32,000 nt of DNA, from NCBI GenBank assembly GCA_964565725.1, contig CAZMGA010000004.1:5954-37953 (forward strand), written 5' to 3'. Position 1 is the stretch's first letter. Each line of letters starts with the position of its first letter. The stretch is from an uncultured archaeon. GTDB taxonomy: Archaea > Iainarchaeota > Iainarchaeia > Iainarchaeales > 0-14-0-20-30-16. Shown one piece after another: positions 27,382 to 32,000 of the stretch. A program made the translations under genes and the position numbers. The notes under the pieces are model-generated. The model was not told where the DNA came from, ran no database searches, and saw nothing but the letters and a program-made list of their open reading frames with translations.

Positions 27382-28047
27382 ATGGTAATGGAATTAGAAA
27401 AATTAAAAATAATTGATTCATCACATATTGGAATTCATGTTGCATTAGGAAATAAATTTGCAATAGTTCCTGAAGAAATTAAAAGTAATCAATTAAAAAC
27501 CATTGAAAATATTTTAAAAGTTAAATGTATAAAATATAATATTGCTGGTTCAAACATAAATGGTGTTTTATGTAAAATAATTGATAATAAAATTATTTTA
27601 TCTAAAGCTTCAGAAAAAAAAGATGTTGAATTTTTTAAAAAACAAGGATTTGAGGTTTTAGTTTTAAATTCTTTTTATGCTATAGGTAATTTAATTGCAA
27701 ATTTAAATAATAAAATTATAATAAGTACTGAATTTGATGAAAAAACTACCGAAAAAATAAAAGATTTTTTAGGTATAAAAATAGAAAAATTCATATTAAG
27801 TGATATTTTAACCATTGGAACTTGTGTAATTGCAAACAAAAATGGTTTTGCTATTTCTCCAATTGCTAGTGAAAAAGAAATTTTATATTTTGAAAAATTA
27901 TTAAAAGTTAAAGGTAATATTGCTACAGTAAATTATGGTGATGGATTTATAGGAAATGGATTATTAGTTAATGATTCAGGAGTATTAGTTGGAGAAAATA
28001 CTACTGGTTATGAATTAATTAGAATAAATGATATTTTTTTTGAGTGA
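27382..28047 (+). CDS. eif6: Translation initiation factor aIF6
   Basis: HIGIHVALGNKFAIVPEEI, IGTCVIANKNGFAISPIASEKE, VNYGDGFIGNGLLVNDSGVLVGENTTGYELIRI. Confidence 0.93.
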   Translation: MVMELEKLKIIDSSHIGIHVALGNKFAIVPEEIKSNQLKTIENILKVKCIKYNIAGSNINGVLCKIIDNKIILSKASEKKDVEFFKKQGFEVLVLNSFYAIGNLIANLNNKIIISTEFDEKTTEKIKDFLGIKIEKFILSDILTIGTCVIANKNGFAISPIASEKEILYFEKLLKVKGNIATVNYGDGFIGNGLLVNDSGVLVGENTTGYELIRINDIFFE

Positions 28048-28056
28048 GGTGTTTTT

Positions 28057-28554
28057 ATGGTTGTTAAAAAAGAAGAAAAAGTTAAAAGTACAAAACAAAA
28101 TTCTAAAAAATTAGAAGATATTAATAATGAAAAAAAAGAGGCAAAAAAAATTGAAATAACTCCTCAAATGGCCCAAAAATTATTTGGAGATGAAAGAAAA
28201 AAATTAGAAACTTTAAACAATTCTATTAAAAAAGTTGAATCTGATATTTTTGAATTAGATAAAACCATTTTTACTATAAATCAAATGAAAGATTCTAAAG
28301 AAAATGATATCTTTGTAAATTTAGGTAATGGTGTTTATGTTAAAGCAAAATTAGATAATTCTAATAAATATAATTTAATGACTCCTGCAAACGTAATGTT
28401 AGAAAAAACATCTGAAGAATTATTAGAAAAATTTAATAATAGAAAACAAAATATGTTAAAAGAACATGATAGATTAAAAAATCTTTATTTACAAACAGAA
28501 AAAAATGTTAATCAATTATATACTTTTTTAAACAAAATGCAAAAAAAACAGTAA
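28057..28554 (+). CDS. pfdA: Prefoldin alpha subunit
   Basis: Coiled-coil ends around a beta-hairpin core IFVNLGNGVYVKAKLDNSNKYNLMTPANVMLEKT; located between aIF6 and ftsY. Confidence 0.8.
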   Translation: MVVKKEEKVKSTKQNSKKLEDINNEKKEAKKIEITPQMAQKLFGDERKKLETLNNSIKKVESDIFELDKTIFTINQMKDSKENDIFVNLGNGVYVKAKLDNSNKYNLMTPANVMLEKTSEELLEKFNNRKQNMLKEHDRLKNLYLQTEKNVNQLYTFLNKMQKKQ

Positions 28555-28564
28555 ATGATTTGAC

Positions 28565-29800
28565 ATGTTTGAGTTATTAAAAAAGGGTTTAAAGAGTTTA
28601 TCTAATAAAATTGGATTAACAAAACCAGAAGACTCTAAACCCAGTGAAAATTTAGATTCTTCACAAAGTCTTGAAAACCAAAAAGTTATTGAAAAACCAC
28701 CTAAAGAATCTTTTAATAAAACTATTTCTAAACCAATTATTAAAACTGTTAATGAAAATGAAGTTTTAATTACTAAAAAAGAATCTAAAAAAAAATTTAT
28801 TAAAGTTGAAGATAAGAAAATAGAACCAAAATTAGACTTGTCTGAAGAATTAAAAGAATTAGAAAATGAATTAGAAATAGAACAACCAAAATTAAAAGAT
28901 GAAATTAAAGAAGAGCCAAAGCTAGAGAAGAAAGTATCTATTTTTACTAAAATTAAAAGTGCATTTTCTGAAAAATATTTTCTGTCTGAAAAAGAAATAA
29001 ATATTATTTTAGAAGATTTTGAATTATCTTTATTGCAAAGTGATGTTTCATTAGAAGTTAATGAAATTTTAATATCAAATTTAAAAGATAAAATCAAAAG
29101 AGATGGATTAGCAAAAAACAATCAAGACGAATATTTAAAACAAATGTTTTTAGACATTATTTTTGAAAATTATCCTAAATCATTAGATGAAAGTTTTTTT
29201 AAACAATCTAAAAAACCATTTACTATATTATTTGTAGGTACAAATGGTTCAGGTAAGACTACTAATATTGCTAAATTGGGTTATTATTTAAAATCTATAA
29301 ATAAAAGTTGTGTGTTTTCTGCTTCTGATACTTATAGGGCTGCGGCAATTGATCAATTAGAGGGTCATGCAAATATATTAAATATACCTATAATAAAAGG
29401 GAAATATGGTCAAGATCCAGCATCTGTGGCTTATGATGCTGTTAATTTTGCTAAATCCAAGAATTATGATTTTGTTTTAATTGATTCTTCTGGAAGACAA
29501 GATAATTCTCAAAATTTAATGAAAGAATTAGAAAAAATAAAAAGAGTTATAAATCCGGATTATATTGTTTTTGTTGCTGAAGCTATTTCTGGTCAAACAG
29601 CTTTAATGCAAGCAGAATCCTTTAATAAATACACTAACTTTGATGCCTTTATTTTAAGTAAAGTAGATGTTGATGAAAAAGGTGGCACATTATTATCCAT
29701 ATCCTTAGGTTTAAAAAAACCAGTTCTGTTTTTAGGAGTGGGGCAAGAATACAAAGATATTGCCTTTTTTAATAAAAACTTTTTAGATAATGTGATTTAA
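28565..29800 (+). CDS. ftsY: Signal recognition particle receptor FtsY
   Basis: FVGTNGSGKTTNIAKLG, ASDTYRAAAIDQLEGHA, LIDSSGRQDNSQNLMKEL, LSKVDVDEKGGTLLS. Confidence 0.95.
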   Translation: MFELLKKGLKSLSNKIGLTKPEDSKPSENLDSSQSLENQKVIEKPPKESFNKTISKPIIKTVNENEVLITKKESKKKFIKVEDKKIEPKLDLSEELKELENELEIEQPKLKDEIKEEPKLEKKVSIFTKIKSAFSEKYFLSEKEINIILEDFELSLLQSDVSLEVNEILISNLKDKIKRDGLAKNNQDEYLKQMFLDIIFENYPKSLDESFFKQSKKPFTILFVGTNGSGKTTNIAKLGYYLKSINKSCVFSASDTYRAAAIDQLEGHANILNIPIIKGKYGQDPASVAYDAVNFAKSKNYDFVLIDSSGRQDNSQNLMKELEKIKRVINPDYIVFVAEAISGQTALMQAESFNKYTNFDAFILSKVDVDEKGGTLLSISLGLKKPVLFLGVGQEYKDIAFFNKNFLDNVI

Positions 29801-30601
29801 TTAATCATTTAAAATATCTCTAATTTCTTTTTTAATTTTTTTTATTTCGTCTTCATTTAAAGTAGTTATTTTAACTAATTCCTTGTTAGTATAATTTAAA
29901 ATATCTTTAGCAATAATTATTTTTGTGGCAAATAATTTTTCTTTGGTATCATAATCTATTGATTTTATACTAGTAATAGGATATAATTTTTTATTTTCAA
30001 TTAAGCTTTTTAGAGAATCTATTTTAGGGTAATTCCAAGATGTAATTTTTAAACCCACTCCTTTTGCATAATCTAATGCTACATCTACGCATTTAGTGTT
30101 TGTTACTAGCCAAGGAATATCATATTTTTTTACATCTAAAAATCTGGCATAAGTATACATTGCTACGTGTAATTTGGTATGCACCCCAATTTCATTATGA
30201 TATTTACATTCAATCATATACTTTTTTTTATTTTTTTCAGCAATAATATCTACTTCATGTAAAATTATTTTTCCTGGTATTATGTTATCTACTTTTGTTT
30301 TATAATTATAATTTTCTAATATTTTTGCAAAATAAATCTCAAATGGAAATCCAGAAGGACCTAAAGACATTACAGCTCTTTTTAAATCATATCTTTGTGA
30401 AACGCCTGGCTCTTTTTTGAGATTTTCTAAAATTATATCTAAAATTTCTTTAGTTGTAATTCCTTTATAATATTTTTTTGCAATTAATCTTTCTGTTTCT
30501 TTTGCTAATTTTTTAGATGCGCCAGAATCTAATATAGTGTAATATATTTTTTTTGAATTAAAGTTTTGATATTCTCCAGAAGCTTTTAAAACTTGTTTCA
30601 T
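29801..30601 (-). CDS. ATP-cone domain fused to a PD-(D/E)xK (Mrr-like) nuclease domain, HhH-like C-terminus
   Basis: N-term VLKASGEYQNFNSKKIYYTILDSGASKKLAKETERLI (ATP-cone); nuclease motif HEVDIIAEKNKKKYMIECKYH; C-term YTNKELVKITTLNEDEIKKIKKEI. Confidence 0.75.
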   Translation of the reverse strand: MKQVLKASGEYQNFNSKKIYYTILDSGASKKLAKETERLIAKKYYKGITTKEILDIILENLKKEPGVSQRYDLKRAVMSLGPSGFPFEIYFAKILENYNYKTKVDNIIPGKIILHEVDIIAEKNKKKYMIECKYHNEIGVHTKLHVAMYTYARFLDVKKYDIPWLVTNTKCVDVALDYAKGVGLKITSWNYPKIDSLKSLIENKKLYPITSIKSIDYDTKEKLFATKIIIAKDILNYTNKELVKITTLNEDEIKKIKKEIRDILND

Positions 30602-30678
30602 AAATACTTAACGAAATAATAAATATAAAGCTTTTTATTAATAAGGCTTTTTATTCCTTTTCTTTTATTATATTATAT

Positions 30679-32000
30679 ATGAGTTTGTTTGGAGATAAAT
30701 TAAGAAGTATTTTTGATAGTTTAAATGAAAAACATTTTATTAATGATGATGTTTTAGATAATACTGCTAAAGAAATTCAAAAAGCCTTAATTTTGGCGGA
30801 TGTAGAAATATCTTTAGTTTTTGAAATATCAAAAAAAATAAAAGAATTAAAAGGTATAGAAATTCCTAATAATCTTAATCCTAAGGAATTTTTAATAAAA
30901 AAAATATATGATATTTTATCTAATTTTTTTGGAGAATCTCCAGATTTTAATAAAACCTATAGAAGAATTTTATTATTAGGTTTATTTGGTTCTGGTAAAA
31001 CTACAACTACTGGAAAACTAGCTAATTTTTACAAAAAAAGTAATAAAACTGTTGGAATTATTGGCGCAGACACTTATAGAATGGCAGCATATGAGCAATT
31101 AAAACAATTTTGTAATGGTTTTGAAGTCTTTGGAAATGTTTCAAAAGATGCAAAAGAAACAGTAGAATTAGGTCTTACAAAATTTAAAGATAAAGACATA
31201 ATTATAGTAGATAGTGCTGGAAGAAGTGCATTAGATGACGAATTATCTAAAGAATTAGAAAATATAAAAAATGCTTTAAAACCTGATTTGTGCTTATTAG
31301 TTTTATCTGCTGATATAGGCCAAATAGCATTAAAACAAGCAGAACAATTTAATAATATTGTAGGATTAAATGGAATAATTATAACTAAAATGGATGGTTC
31401 CGCAAAAGGTGGTGGGGCTTTAGCAGCATGTACTAAATTAAAAATACCTGTATTTTTTATAGCTAATGGTGAAAAGATAGAAGATTTGCAAAAATTTGAT
31501 TCTACTCGATATTTGTCACAAATTATGGGTTATGGGGATTTACAAGGATTATTAGAAAAAATTGATAGTTTAAAAGATGAAGATTTAGAGAACATTACAG
31601 AATTTAATTTTAACACTTATAAGAAACAACTAAAAATGACTTCTAAAATTGGAGGTTTTACTAAATTAGCTGGTATGTTAGGTATTGGTAAAATTCCAAA
31701 AGACGCTATGGGTTTAGCAGAAGATAAAATGAAGCAATTTAATTATATGATTGATTCTATGACTCCTTATGAAAGAACACATCCCGAAGTGTTAACAACA
31801 AATAGATTACAAAGAATTGCTATAGGTTCAGGAACAAAATTAGAGGATGTAAGATTATTAATAAAACAATTTAATATGATGTCTGAAACTATGAATAAAT
31901 TTAAAGACAAAAATCCAGAAGATTTGGGAAAAGAAGATTTACAAAAAGTTATGCAAAAGGAAATGCAAAAGAAGATGAAAAAGAAATTTAAATTAAAATA
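30679..32000 (+). CDS. srp54: Signal recognition particle SRP54, stop codon not within window
   Basis: LLGLFGSGKTTTTGKLA, ADTYRMAAYEQL, IIVDSAGRSALDDEL, ITKMDGSAKGGGALAA, plus start of the M domain; frame open at 32000. Confidence 0.95.
   Translation, partial: MSLFGDKLRSIFDSLNEKHFINDDVLDNTAKEIQKALILADVEISLVFEISKKIKELKGIEIPNNLNPKEFLIKKIYDILSNFFGESPDFNKTYRRILLLGLFGSGKTTTTGKLANFYKKSNKTVGIIGADTYRMAAYEQLKQFCNGFEVFGNVSKDAKETVELGLTKFKDKDIIIVDSAGRSALDDELSKELENIKNALKPDLCLLVLSADIGQIALKQAEQFNNIVGLNGIIITKMDGSAKGGGALAACTKLKIPVFFIANGEKIEDLQKFDSTRYLSQIMGYGDLQGLLEKIDSLKDEDLENITEFNFNTYKKQLKMTSKIGGFTKLAGMLGIGKIPKDAMGLAEDKMKQFNYMIDSMTPYERTHPEVLTTNRLQRIAIGSGTKLEDVRLLIKQFNMMSETMNKFKDKNPEDLGKEDLQKVMQKEMQKKMKKKFKLK

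Noticed and set aside
28528-29121. 197-aa minus-strand ORF
   Set aside because: Antisense to the charged linker of ftsY; Ser/Phe-rich composition is the complement of Lys/Glu codons.
1-32000. Search for defence islands, transposases, integrases, toxin-antitoxin pairs and rRNA genes
   Set aside because: No transposase, integrase, Cas, or rRNA signatures found. The PIN domain is fused to a CCA enzyme with no antitoxin partner, so a VapBC reading is not supported.

Overview
This AT-rich window carries a densely packed archaeal gene set, most consistent with a small-genome DPANN-type archaeon (Woesearchaeota/Pacearchaeota-like; the lineage is inferred). Recognisable content: Orc1/Cdc6; a compact archaeosortase-like protein followed by a broken decapeptide-repeat gene; a minus-strand run of four prepilin-like ORFs behind a transglutaminase-like ORF; a PIN domain fused in frame to an archaeal CCA-adding enzyme, divergent from RNase Z; an Lhr helicase with its metallophosphoesterase partner; an XPD/DinG-like helicase; SpoIIM; NDK; a TldD/TldE pair; an NSUN RNA methyltransferase with a separate PUA-like ORF; two tRNAs (Lys-UUU and Arg-UCG, no encoded CCA); a glycosyltransferase; a ScpA-like protein; and an informational block (Zn-ribbon protein, EF-1beta, Csl4, Rpo11, signal peptidase, aIF5A, S19e, PDCD5-like, L39e, L31e, aIF6, prefoldin alpha, FtsY, ATP-cone/nuclease, SRP54). 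I see no CRISPR array, transposon or rRNA. The strongest leads are the PIN-CCA fusion beside RNase Z, the decapeptide-repeat gene with an apparent AUA start and an internal in-frame UAA, and the prepilin-like/transglutaminase-like cluster.
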